Shown: positions 49,545 to 62,497 of the stretch, one piece after another
Layout: the number at the start of each line of letters is the position of its first letter
How positions within the stretch are numbered: the first letter of the stretch is position 1
NCBI GenBank assembly: GCA_951406725.2
Contig: OX597824.1
Coordinates: forward strand, 87,110,001 to 87,174,000
From: Octopus vulgaris
Taxonomy: Eukaryota
Reading direction: 5' to 3'
Length of the DNA stretch: 64,000 nt
Made by a program: the position numbers and the translations under genes
Notes under the pieces: model-generated
The model's database searches: none
Seen by the model: only the letters and a program-made list of their open reading frames with translations
Told to the model about the DNA's origin: nothing

Positions 49545-49760
49545 TCTTTTCTACTCTAGGCACAAGGCCCGAAATTTGGGGGGAGGGGGCCAGTCGATAA
49601 GATCGACCCCGGTGCACAACTGGTACTTAATTTATCGACTCCGAAGGGATGAAAGGCAAAGTCGACCTCGGCGGAGTTTGAACTCAGAATGTAAAGACAG
49701 ACGAAATACTGCTAAGGATTTCGCCAGGCGTGCTAACGTTTCTGCCAGCTCGGCACCTTA
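49545..49760 (-). mobile_element. Family B SINE, short-tail variant
   Basis: Head and central block intact. Confidence 0.85.
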
Positions 49761-50201
49761 TGTTTGGTTATTATAGAACGTAAGAAAATTATTTCGGAAT
49801 TCAACAGAAACCAATTACGTGGTTCCGAGATCAAATCGACCATGTTGCTTCTCCTTAAGCAAGTGTCTTCTAATATAGCTTTGTGTTGACCTTATGAGTG
49901 GAATTTGGCAGACGAGAAGCCTGTCGTATATTTGCGTGTAGGATGTCCTCACATTGAAACAGCTACCAACAAAAATCAAAATTCGATGTTTGGGCCATTG
50001 CATTAAGAATTGAACCTATGTTATCGGTAACAGAAGCAGTGAATTTTAATTACTGTGCGAGAGAGAGAAAGAACAGAAAATTATTGAATTGGACAAGTAG
50101 CTTACATATAAATGCATATCATTACATAGGTCTGTCTTTGAAATGGTGAATCTACGAGTGAAGAGGCTTCGGTGGGAGGACATTTCTTGATCAACACCAC
50201 A

Positions 50202-50894
50202 CGTAAGTGTGGGAACGAAATTTACTTAGTGGTGGGGAGGGTGAACCCAGGTCCAAAAGTTTTTACAAACAAGGTCGAGTTTTTTTCAATTTTAGTATCA
50301 AAACAAACAGGTAATATAATAATAATAATAATAATGATGATAATAACGGTTTCAAAATTTTGGCACAAGGCCAGCAATTTCGGGGAGGGGAAAATCGATT
50401 GCATCGATCCCAGTACTCAATTGGTTCTGATTTTATCAACCCCGGAAGGATGAAAGGCAAAGTCGACCTCGGCGGAATTTGAACTCAGAACATAAAGACG
50501 GACGAAATACCTATTTCTTTACTACCCACAAGGGGCTAAACACTGAGGGGACAAACAAGGACAGACAGACGGATTAAGTCGATTATATCGACCCCAGTGC
50601 GTAACTGGTACTTATTTAATCGATCCCGAAAGGATGAAAGACAAAGTCGACCTCAGCGGAATTTGAACTCAGAACATAAAGACGGACGAAATGCCGCTAA
50701 GCATTTTGTCCGGCGTGCTAACGATTCTGTCAACGGCCAATAATGGATAAGTAATGTTTCAAATGAGCCCAGAAATGTTTCTACGCTCGTTGTTCGTTTT
50801 GCCGATAAAGTTTTTCAGGAGGATGTTCAAAGCGTTTTCATTGCCCCTAAAAATTTTAGAGGGTGCATTTGCACCCCCTATTCCCGAGCCTATG
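50202..50894. mobile_element. hAT-like MITE with internal (AAT)n, hosting a family B dimer (50350-50732)
   Basis: TIR CGTAAGTGTGGGAA / TTCCCGAGCCTATG; TSD ACACCACA / ACACCACG; both halves homologous to 55432-57480. Confidence 0.7.
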
Positions 50895-50917
50895 ACACCA
50901 CGCATGTCTATCTGCAA

Positions 50918-51100
50918 AAGGTGGCGAGCTGGAAGAATCGTTAGAGTATTGGACAAAATGCTTAGCAGCATTTCTTTCCAGCTTCACGTACTGAGTTCAA
51001 TTTCCGCCGAGGTCGACTTAACCTTTTTCATCCTGTCGCAGTCGATAAAATAAAGCACCAACCAGGCGCAAAATTTCGAGCCTTGTGCCTATAGCAAGCA
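50918..51100 (+). mobile_element. Family B SINE, degenerate
   Basis: AAGGTGGCGAGCTGG head and CTGAGTTCAA...CCGCCGAGGTCGAC. Confidence 0.75.
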
Positions 51101-54100
51101 GAAAGAATTATCAGAATGTATATAAGCGAAAATATGTATCATAGGAATGAGTCGGAAACAGTGTCAACATTGTGTATCGTGTGAATTGCAGCCCGTTAGG
51201 GTTAGCCTGTGTATGTGAGTGTCTAAAAACGAACACATGAAGTGTGTGTATGAGTGCTTCTCTTGTATTGACTTACAAGCTCGTATTATAACACACAAGG
51301 GGAGGCCTGTTTCCTTTGCTTATGTTTCAGGACTCTAACATTCTTCTGTAACATTCCCTTCCCTATTTTTATTAGTCTTAAAGCCTAGTTTTGTTACACA
51401 AAATTACACATCTTACTCCCTCCCAACCCATCTTAATCGCTATATATTGTCAGATGCAGAAAATATTTTTATATGAATTTAATTTCAAATTAAAAAGGTT
51501 TGATTGTAAAAACTTAAGCTAGTATCTTGTTTTTCTGAGAAAAGAAATACGGCAAATAAAAACAGTTATTTTGCTCTCTTTGATCCTTTTAAAAGTATTA
51601 TTACTACTATCATCATTGTTCCACCGAGATCGACTTTGCCTTTCATCTTTCCGAGCACTGGGGTCGATATAACTGACTAACACTCACCCATCACCCAAAT
51701 TTCAGGCCTAGGGCCTGTAAGTAGAATAATTAGTTTGACAAGATGGACACTTCTCAAGCTCTCTCTCTCTCTTACACATTCCAGCCAAACAAATATGCCG
51801 TCTCATCTTTCCCGCTGCCTTTTTTCTACCACTGATACAGCGGTTTCTGCTTTTCGAAGCTGGATCAATGGTTTCTTGTCACATTCCCCTAAGATACTCT
51901 CGATTTACCTATCTCTTCTCAATCCGTCATCTATCATCTGTCCATCCTAGGCCCCCCAATATGAACCACTGCGGTCAGTTATTCCTCCCAGAAAGTCGAC
52001 CCTCTAAAAATTTCTCCCTTTGTACATGTTTTCTCAGCAGTCGTCGAATAGCAACTGTTCAAAAGGAATGTTAACTATGTCGATCTTTACTGATCTCGGA
52101 GGGTTTGCGAAGGCCATAGACACAACCTCCTTCTGCAGGCCGATCCATTAAAATAATATACTGGTATTCGCGAGTGCGCGCACACCCAAACGCAATTAAC
52201 GAAACGATGATGCGTATAACAGGCAGCGTATCGAACGATCATTTACATTTCTGTTGACGCTTGTGAGCAGTGATGCATGTATACAATGTGTCAGAGATGA
52301 AGGTGTAAAAATAGTAATTTATATGTGAAAGTACGTGTAGCAGGCATGTTTTTTTCTAGACAGCATTTAGACTATAAGACAGACACAACATTCGTGTTAT
52401 TGGCGCTAGGTACACGCACACACACCGATAATGTCTATGAATACCGACTGATAAATATGTAGTAAACACCTGTGTATCATTCATACAACAGCATCACACA
52501 CACACATGAGATCTTGGGTTGTAAATACGACAGAATGAATAGATTAAAGTAAACAAAGCAAGCAGAAACTTAGGGGTTTTTTTCTGTTTGGTTCCAGTAA
52601 GACTTTTTAAAATTAAACATCATATACAAAATTGGAAATACGAATGATTAAACATAGAATTTATATTAGAATGCGTTATTATGGAGAATTACAATTACTG
52701 TTTTAAATCAATTTGTAAAAAAGTAATAAACGGGATTGGAATAAAATCAATACGAGATGATTTGAAAATAAAGACAAAGATATTCTACCTTGGGTTTTGA
52801 TATTCTCTGTTGGTGAACAGAACCCGGTGATGTTGACCTTAAGTGTGATTAAAACCCAGGAATTTTAGAAGCAAAGGCACGATAAAGTCGGGGACAAACG
52901 GGACCTTTTTTTTTTGCGGGATTGCTGTAGATGTTAATTTCGTTTTGTACGTACACTCGTGGAAATTAAAGCGAAATGGTGTTAAAGTTCTCCTTCTTGT
53001 GACAAGAACTGTTCGTGGATGTGGATGGATGTCGATAGAGAGAAAAGTTTTTTCGTTTGTTTTTTTTTTTTTAAATATTGGAAAGTATCTGGTGACAATC
53101 TGTGAATGGAGACAGAAATATTCTAGCAGGCTTGCATTAGTTTGAAATGGAATTGGGAGAGTGATTTAACAATGTCACAACACACTTCCTTATAGTCACT
53201 CCTCTAAGAAAGAATGTGTAACTAAATAAAATAAACGAGTGTATATAGATATGAGTGTGTATGTGTGTGTGTGAGCGCGCGTGTATATGTGACCGTCTGT
53301 GTGTGCGCGCACTTGTGTCCGAGTGTATTTAAACATACATACATACGCATCCCGTACATAAAACCTAACTTTTTTCTCTATTGTATACGGAGGTCAACTT
53401 CTATGCTAAATATATATAAAATGGGATCTTATTTTTTGTTTTATCTGTAATAAATATACGAGAAGAAGCTAAACATCTTAAGACCTATTTATACGCTAAA
53501 ATCAACATGTAAACGACAATTAATGTAAACACTATATGTATGTATGTATATTTATATATACTTTTATGTGAATACAAATAAACATTTATGACACTTGTTC
53601 ACACGAACATACATTCGATTCATAGTCGATTTTATCAAACAATCCAATTTATTAGACACACATACAAACATACATACACATGCTTAAACACACGTATGTA
53701 TATATGTATGTATGTATGTATTTTTAAAAATCCTTCTTACATATGTATACACACATGTGAGTGTATGTGTCCCTCTCTCTATATACACACAAACATACAC
53801 ACAAATGCATGTAGTCATACGCATAGACTACATATCTATATATCATACACACACTCTCACAACACATATATACACATATGTTACACACAAAGACACAACG
53901 CATTGGCGGCCGGATTAAGTCCAACAGATGCCCTAAGCACAAACCAACAATAGTCTCCCCCACCATTACCTCGACCTACCATTGTCTCACTGACAAGACA
54001 TTCTACAGCATTAAGAGATTGTAATGTGAAATAGATTAAAAATTCAGTGTTCTTTAACGCTGTAACCTCACAGCTATATCAAATACAAACTGCTTTTTAA

Positions 54101-54158
54101 GATTTTATTTAATGCTAAATACCAACAAGCAATTATAAATAAAGTATTTTCTTATATA

Positions 54159-54800
54159 GGCGCAGGAGTGACTGTGTGGTAAGTAGCTTGCTTACCAGCC
54201 ACATGGTTCTGGGTTCAGTCCCACTGCGTGGCACCTTCTACTATAGCCTTGTGGAGTGGATTTGGTAGACGGAAACTGAAAGAAGCCTGTCGTATATATA
54301 TCACCGTGACCGACCGGGCCATCAGATGTTGCTACACATCGCTGGTCACAATGCGCTTTGCATTGTTTTAGCCTTCAAATGACGCCACCCCGCTGGTTAA
54401 CAGAAGAAAGAGAACAGCATGGATCGCCACCACCCCCCCTGCCGGAGCATCGTGGAGCTTTGGGTATTTTCGCCCAATAAACACTCACAACGCCCGGTCT
54501 GGGAATCGAAACCGCGATCCTACCACCGCGTGTCCACTGCCTTAACCACTGGGCCATTGCGCCTCCACACACACACATATATGTTTGTGTGTGTATGTGT
54601 TTGTTCCCCCCAACATCGCTAGACAACCGATGCTGGTGTGTTTACCTCCCCGTCACTTAGCGGTTCGGCAAAAGAGACCGATAGAATAAGTACCAGGCTT
54701 ACAAAGAATAAGTCCTGGGGTCGATTTGCTCGACTAAAACGGCGGTGCTCCAGCGTGGCCACAGTCAAATGACTGAAACAAGTAAAAGAGTAAAAGAGAG
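54159..54800 (+). mobile_element. Family A SINE with a family D SINE (54301-54566, minus strand) nested in its internal microsatellite
   Basis: A head 54159-54300; D matches 6935-7123; A tail resumes at ~54580. Confidence 0.85.
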
Positions 54801-55249
54801 TATAAATAGGACAACAACAAAATACGAAATTTTCCATGAATTCTTGTAAAGTCCTTCCTCGTTCAGCTGCACTATTTTGCAGTATAGTAGATCTGGCACT
54901 GGGAAAAACGACTTCCTGGTGCCCCACCTCCACATGCGTTACTACCACAAGAATGTGCTGGTTTTACACAATGGCTGATCTAGACACACACACACACGTA
55001 GGTGCAGTTTCCAAGCATGTGGTCTCAGGTTCACTCCCACTGCACAGCACCTTGTGCAAGTGTCTCCTAATATAAGCCCAGGCCAACCAAAGTGTTGAGT
55101 GGATTTAGTATGGAAACTTAAAGAAACCCATTATGTATGTATGTATGTATGTATGTATGTATGTACGTACGTAGTACGCACGCACGTGCGTGCGTGTGTG
55201 TACATGTATTTGTAATGTGCAAATCAGTTGATTTCTTTTTCTGATAATT

Positions 55250-55337
55250 ACTGCCTGCCTGCCTACCTACCCACCCACTCGCCTACCTACCTACCTACCT
55301 ACCTACCTACCTACCTACCTACCTACCTACCTATCTT

Positions 55338-55420
<83 letters not shown>
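55250..55420. repeat. (CTAC)n-(CTAT)n tetranucleotide repeat
   Basis: Direct inspection. Confidence 0.95.
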
Positions 55421-55421
<1 letters not shown>

Positions 55422-55537
55422 CTTACATACACATAAGTGCGGGAATGAAATTTGCTTGGGGGATTCAAGCCCAGATGCAAAATCTTTTATACAAACAAGG
55501 TTGCTTTTCCCAATCTTAATGTCAAAGCAAAACATAG

Positions 55538-55569
<32 letters not shown>

Positions 55570-55572
<3 letters not shown>

Positions 55573-56120
55573 GTTCTGATGCAGTACCAGGCAGTGGATC
55601 GCATGGCTTCTCAACTGATTGGAAGTGTTATCGTGTACATTGTTTTGTCTTGGTATAAAAGATGGGCTACAGCAAATATTCTGCTCAATACCACAGATTT
55701 GCTTGTCAGTTGTTTGACCTTAACCAGTTGAGCATGTCCCTTAGTGGCTGACGATATGTGCATCTCTGATCACAAGCAGAAGTAGTGGGGGAGCATCATA
55801 GCCATGTGTTGAGAGGGATTCTTTGGGGTTTGAATAATTCACCTCTGGAAACATGGGTGTTTTGTTCAACATCCTTAAACGATCCTTATTCAGGGACCCT
55901 TTGAGCAGAATGGGCTACTCAACTTGAAGAAAACTCTAACTGGGCCCCCACCTGCAAGGTGATGCACTGTTTATCTTGATATGAGATCACCATGTCGCGC
56001 ACATATGGTTGTGATGCATGTGCCTGGTGTACCCTTATCAGACAAGTAGTCATGATGGGTATACTGGGCTTCGTATATTTTACAGCAGTGTCACTTTGAT
56101 GGCATGCACTGCTCTCTGCT
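55570..56120 (-). mobile_element. Probable retroelement 3' fragment ending in (TTA)n
   Basis: GC-richer complex block abutting (AAT)n inside a MITE; no ORF recognised. Confidence 0.35.
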
Positions 56121-56244
56121 CTGGCAACGATCAGGCTCGGATGGTACTTAGCGCTCCACTAGCACGGATGCCAGTTATCGAATTTGATTTCGATTACTTC
56201 AACACTATTATTATTATTATCATTATCATCATCATTATTATTAG

Positions 56245-56420
56245 AAATATTTTTTGTCCAGCTTTTTACATTCTGAGTTCAAATTCTGCCAAGGTTGACT
56301 TTACCTTTCATCCTTTCAGGGTCGATAAAATAAGAACCAGTTAAGAACTGGGGTCAATATAATCGATTATCCCCCTCCACCAAATTTCAGGCCTTGTGCC
56401 TATAGTAGAAGGGATTACTC

Positions 56421-56466
<46 letters not shown>

Positions 56467-57015
56467 GAAGGTGATGAGCTGACAGAATCATTAGCACACC
56501 GGACGAAATGCTTAGCAGTTTTCCATCTCTCTTCGTGTTTTGAGTTCAAATGCTACTGGGGTCAACTTTGCCTTTCATCCTTTCGGGGTCAATAAATTAA
56601 GCACCAGTGAAGCACTGGGGTCAATGCAATCGACTGGTACCCTCCCCACAAAATTTCAGGCCTTGTGTCTTTAGTAAAAAGGATTATTATTATCGTTATT
56701 ACTATATGCCAGGGGCTGCTTAGCTTTCTGGTACAAAGCACTCAGCCGGTATCTGAGAGTTACAGGGTTCGATTCTCTGTAGTTACCCTGCAGGCAACAT
56801 TAAAAAAAACAAAACAAACAAGCTGGCAGAATCATTAGCACACCAGGCTTAGCAGCATTTTATCCGTCTTTATGTTCTGAGTTCAAACCCTACCGAAGTT
56901 AACTTTTCTTTTCACCCTTTCAGGATTGCTAAGTACCAGTTGAGTGCTGGGGGTCAATGTAGCCGACTTACCCACCTCCCCAGAATTGCTGGCCTTGTGC
57001 CAAAATTTGAAATCA
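56245..57015 (+). mobile_element. Three family B short-tail SINEs separated by (TAT)n
   Basis: Copies at ~56245-56415, 56468-56685 and 56821-57015. Confidence 0.8.
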
Positions 57016-57212
57016 ATGATTATTATTCAATTAAATCAGATTAATTTAATTATAGAAAAGTAATGTTACAAATCAGTCCGAAAATGTTTCTACGATCGTT
57101 TGTCTTGGCAATGAAGTTTTTCAAGAGGACACTCAAAGCATTTTCATTGCCCTCCCAAAAATTTTAGGGGGTGCACTTGCAACCCCCCACCCCCACTTTT
57201 TCTGAGCCTGTG

Positions 57213-57455
57213 GAGGCACGTGGCTTAGTGGTTAGAGTGTTGAACTCATGATTGTAAGGTTGTGGTTTCGATTCCTGGACCAGGCGATGCGTTGTGTTCT
57301 TGAGCAAAACACTTCATTTCACGTTGCTCCAGTTCACTCAGCTGGCAAAAATGAGTTATCCTTCGACGGACCGGCGTCCCGTCAAGGTGGGGAATTTCTA
57401 CGCCACTGAAACCGGGAAACCGGCCCTTATGAGCCCGACATGGCTCGAAAAGGAA
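57213..57455 (+). mobile_element. Family C CORE-type SINE, tail type 2
   Basis: Matches 569-814; imperfect TSD TTTTTCTGAGCCTGTG / TTTTTCCGAGCCTATG. Confidence 0.85.
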
Positions 57456-57546
57456 CATATATTTTTTTTCCGAGCCTATGCAAAGATGTCTGTGCACCCT
57501 TATAATGTAACAAGGAAAGTTAATGTTTTTCTCATTTACTTTTTAT

Positions 57547-57710
57547 CACCACCACCACCACGACCACTTCTGCCAACACCACCGCCACCATCATGATCAT
57601 CATCATCACCATCATCATCACCACCACCACCAACACCATCATCACGCCCACCACCACAACACCACCACCACCACCACCATCATCATCCACGTCACCGCCA
57701 CCTTCACCAT
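57547..57710. repeat. (CAC)n/(CAT)n degenerate trinucleotide repeat
   Basis: Direct inspection. Confidence 0.9.
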
Positions 57711-58638
57711 ATTTAACATCCATTCTCATTGCTGGTTAGCATGACTTGTACATTAAAACCAACCCCCATCGCATACACACTGTTAAATTTACCCCTACTC
57801 CCTAAGACCCTTTTTTTTTTTATCAGATATATTATTATTCAATCTACCTAATTAATAATTTAGGACCCCTCCTCCTACATTCCCCTACTTGCTTTCTCTC
57901 CCTTACTCTCTGTCCCTCGTCCCTCATTTTCTATTTTCTGCCCACGATTTGAAAGGGATATATATACGATGGGGATGGGAACGAAAAAGGAAATGTGTGC
58001 TTTAGAGGAAGCGTAATTATTTAAATTCCTTTCAGCTTTTTACTCTGCTATTATCCCAACCACACAACACTACATTGGCCCATCTCTGCTACATCCTGCA
58101 CACCACCACCACTGCCACCACCGCCACCGCACTTACAAATTTCCCTCACTTATCATTATGACTCTCCCCACCACCACCACGACCTCTTCAGTGAATACAC
58201 GGATCAACTGACCCGTTCTGGTCACCATGCACTTTCTACTTTCAGCGATTTTTATCTTTTCTTTTCTCAGCTTAAAATTTACAGAATTATCTTGCCTCAA
58301 CATCATAAGTGCTGCCTGCCATGGCCGAGACATTAAGGGACCTGTTTCACAACTATGTGGTCCCAGTTTGATCCCCACTATCTAACATATTGGGCAAAGC
58401 GTCTTCTGTTATGGCCCCAAGTTGACTTGTGGATGAAATTTAGCAGACAAAAACCCATTATCTCTCTCTCTCTATGTGTGTGTGTATTATGTATGTATGT
58501 GTGTGTATACACATACACACACACATATATACACACAGTGGAGCCTTTATCTATAAATACAATCCATTCCAGAATCCTGTTTGCGAACTGAATTGTTCAT
58601 TACATGAGTAATAGAGATACATGTAAATAAGGAAAATT

Positions 58639-58722
58639 CATTCCAAGCCTCACCCAAACTCCACATAAAAGCATGAAATGATGTTATATTTGTCCAGCTA
58701 ACAATAACATATACATACATAC

Positions 58723-58763
<41 letters not shown>

Positions 58764-58968
58764 ATCCAAACATGAAAACACAACAACGCGAGGACGTAGA
58801 ACAATTATAGTATTATTAGACGCTCAGGAAGGAAGGAAAGAAGGAGGGTTTAACGTTTCGAGTGGAGCTCTTCGTCGGAAACATAGGAGAAGGAGAGATC
58901 CAGAGAAGGGAAGACAGACGAAAAAAAATTGCCAACGGTACACACACAGTCACATTTATGTATATATG

Positions 58969-59015
<47 letters not shown>

Positions 59016-59066
59016 CATTATTGGTGAATTGAAGAAATGGAGCTGAACGCAGATTGAACAGAAATC

Positions 59067-59125
<59 letters not shown>

Positions 59126-59210
59126 CATATGTATGTATTTGCTATTGTTAGGTGGACAAATATAACATCATTTCATGCTTTTATGTGGAGTTTGGGTGAG
59201 GTTCGGAATG
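58639..59210. repeat. ~85-bp inverted repeat enclosing (TA)n tracts and a hammerhead-bearing insert
   Basis: 58639-58725 pairs with 59125-59210. Confidence 0.9.
58848..58882 (-). ncRNA. Candidate minimal hammerhead ribozyme, core variant CCGACGA
   Basis: GTTT-CCGACGA-A-GAG[CTCCA]CTC-GAAA-CG-TT-AAAC: stems I and II pair perfectly; palindromic ACGT stem III. Confidence 0.5.
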
Positions 59211-59277
59211 GATTAATCATATCAAAGGGAAATGGAATTTAATTAAAATTAAAACATATATAGTCTTCTTGACTATA

Positions 59278-59389
<112 letters not shown>

Positions 59390-59481
59390 GTAAAACGCCG
59401 CCCTTTTCAAGACTAGCCAAGGCTCATGGGCCTGGTTTCCCGGTTTCTGTGTTCCCCCTAGCTGGACGGGATGCCAGTCCA

Positions 59482-59523
<42 letters not shown>

Positions 59524-59852
59524 CCATCCATCCATACATACAAATGCAAGTTGTGCGTGGACGCATGTGTGCATTATTCCGTTCGTCTTGCATCTGTTGG
59601 TCCATCTTTAGGATTTCAACAAAAACAAAAAAAAACCATGAAAAATATAATTTTCTATATAAAGTATGAAAATGTGCAATTTACATGAAGCGAATGCATG
59701 GACATTAACGAACCATTTGCACATTGCTCTCTCCCAGTCACTTAGATGCACGTGGTTGTCTGTATCCGAATGTGAGCTATGGTTTAATACAATGAACACA
59801 ACAATAACAACGAGAGTAAAGAACATGGCTATAATAACTTGGTTCTCCTTAA

Positions 59853-60217
59853 TTACCTTCACTAAGGCAGAGGTATTGTTTTCAGTTGTGTTTGTTTGTT
59901 TGTCCGTGGACAAAATATCTCAAGAACCGCTGGATGGATTTGAATGAAACTTCCAGGGATGTTTGGCATCATGACTGGCACAAACTCATTAGATTTTGGG
60001 ATTGATCCAGTACTGGACAAGGATTCTGGATTATTTTTCTGTTTTTTTTCTTTTACTTAATTTTTGAGAGCAGTCAGGTTCATTTTTAGTATTCTCGTTT
60101 GTGAGAGCAGTTGAGTTTATTTCAGATATTCTCATTTTAAAAATCATCTCTGACTAATCGTTGAGAGTATGTTGGTGTTACCTTGGCTGAGGTTTGTGTT
60201 CTCTGAGTGCTCTTGTT
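59853..60217 (+). mobile_element. Helentron-associated non-autonomous element (HINE/DINE-1-like)
   Basis: 5' TTACCTTCACTAAGG is inverse to subterminal CCTTGGCTGAGGT; (GTTT)n; GATGGATTTGAATGAAACTT; short 3' hairpin. Confidence 0.7.
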
Positions 60218-60794
60218 ATGATTGTTACATATGTTTCAGTAATTGACAACGCATGACGTTACACAACAGATGTAACTAGTAGTTGGTTGCATCTATAGCA
60301 TGACATCATGTGTTGCCAAATACTGAACCATATGTATCATCATCATCATCATCATCATCATCATTGTTTAACGTCTGTTTTCCACCAACTGACAACTGGT
60401 GTTGGTTTGTTTAAGTCCCTGTAACTTAGTGCATTGGGAGACGTTTAAAATCTCAAAACAACAAGCAATAGAAATATAACAGCAATAGCATACAATCCAG
60501 ATCAAATGAATAAGTGAAAACAAAAAAAGATGAGATAAAATCAATCAATAAATCAACCAGCATGATGTTTTTCTCATGTCACATATTTATCATCAGAGGT
60601 GATTCACCACATTGTCTTCAGAAGTAGAGAAAAATAAGACTTCCTTGCCTTTCCTACAAACATTGGTGACATAGTTAACGAAAGAACAATACCCAAGGGC
60701 TCTTTGGATTCTTCAGTTTATCAAAAGTTTCATCATCTATTCCAGGGGTCATTAACTTCTCTTTGTAATCAGCCATTTTTGATTTTGTTTACAT

Positions 60795-61013
60795 TTTTCT
60801 CCATGGCCAAATATAAACAACATCAGCCCTTCCTCTGTGTTGTGCTGTATACATACTATCAACCAGGCTCTTGCTTCCAGTCCGTTCTTTGAAGTTGTCA
60901 TTACACAAACATTTTTTATGGCCTCTTACTCTCTTCCCCTTGACACTTCCTGTCAGGATGGTCTTGGGCGATGACTCATAGCACATTGTTTGTCCAAAAT
61001 ATGATAGCTTCAT
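60795..61013 (-). mobile_element. Decayed RTE-clade LINE ORF2 C-terminal fragment
   Basis: KLSYFGQ...PKTILTGSVKGKRVRGHKK...DNFKERTG matches KL.YFGH...KTIL.G.V.G.R.RGR....W.DNIKEWTG. Confidence 0.75.
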
Positions 61014-61771
61014 AAACTATATTATGTCTTACATATAAAAATATACCCACATACCCACACACTATTATTTCCATCACTGACAGTGCTTATGTAAGCAAAA
61101 ATTGAACAAATCATGGCACTAAAATCTATCCGAAAGCCATCAACCACAGAATGACTTGCAAACATTTTTTGAAAATGTCTGAGCCCACAAAGAACATTTA
61201 ATGGCTCACTTGTAATCTGCGGTGATCTGATTATACCATGAATAATCATTTTATCTTTATAAACACCATTGGAATGAAAAGTAAAGTTATCTTACCCTAA
61301 TTTGAAATCAGGAATGTAGAAGTCAACACTTGAGTGGTAAACAATAATTCTGGTTTTATTACCATCGGTGTCAGTTCCTCAGAATAACGATTTCTTTAGC
61401 TAAAGGATATTTTGTTAGGTTAGGAAGGAGTTCAGAATAAATCAAATCAGTCTCACACGCATGTATATCTTCTTGAAGCCTGATTTATCGATCTATATCG
61501 AAACTATATCTCGTTTAATTAGATGTGCACAAAGAAAGTTGAATGAAATATGGTTACATAGTCAAACTTAATATGTTTGTGGATATTCAGACATGGAAAG
61601 ACAAGGCGCTGCATAAATTGTACCAAGACAAGAAATTCTTCTTATAGATAATACTGTCTTATAGATCCATATTGTCTACGAGAATTTCTTCTCTTAAGAC
61701 AACTTGTACAGCAATGTTGCCTTTCTATGACTGAATGACAAGTACGATTGTACATAACTATATTATATATA

Positions 61772-62171
61772 GGCGTAGGAGTGGCTGTGTGGTAAGTAAC
61801 TTGCTTACCAACCACATGGTTCTGGGTTCAGTCCCACTGCGTGGCACCTTGGGCAAGTGTCTTCTACTATAGCCTCAGACCGACCAAAGCCTTGTGAGTG
61901 GATTTGGTAGACGGAAACTGAAAGAAGCCCATCGTATATATGTATATATGTGTGTGTATATGTTTGTGTACCTGTGTTTGTCCCTCAACATTGCTTGACA
62001 ACCGGTAGTGGTGTGTTTACGTCCCTGTAACTTAGCGGTTCGGCAAAAAGATCCCGATAGAATAAGTACTATTCTTCCAAAGAATAAGTCCTGGGATCGA
62101 TTTGCTTGACTAAAGGTGGTGCCCCAGCATGGCTGTAGTCAGATGACTGAAACAAGTAAAAGAATAAAGAG
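61772..62171 (+). mobile_element. Family A SINE
   Basis: Full-length match. Confidence 0.9.
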
Positions 62172-62178
62172 TATATAT

Positions 62179-62497
62179 TCTTTTACTTGTTTCAGTCATT
62201 CAACTGTGGCCATGCTGGAGCACTGCCTATAGTCGAACAAATTGATCTCAGGACTTTCTCTCTGTAAGCCTAGTACTTATTCTATCGGACTCTTTTGCCG
62301 AACCGCTAAGTTGCAGGGATGTAAACATACCAACATTAGTTGTCAAGTGATGGTTGGGGACAAACACAGACACACAAACATGTGTGTGTGTGTGTGTATA
62401 CGTGTATACACACACATGCATAACAGGCTTCTTTTAGTTTCCTTTGACCAAATCCACTCACAAGGCTTTGGTCGGCCCAAGACTATAGTAGAAAACA
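62179..62497 (-). mobile_element. Family A SINE, 5'-truncated, tail-to-tail with the previous copy
   Basis: Reverse-complement match. Confidence 0.85.

Larger units (their letters stand above)
55432..57480. mobile_element. Second copy of the (AAT)n-carrying hAT-like MITE, expanded to ~2 kb by nested insertions
   Basis: Left half 55432-55545 and right half 57055-57212 match 50202-50894; right TIR is duplicated at 57465-57480. Confidence 0.65.
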
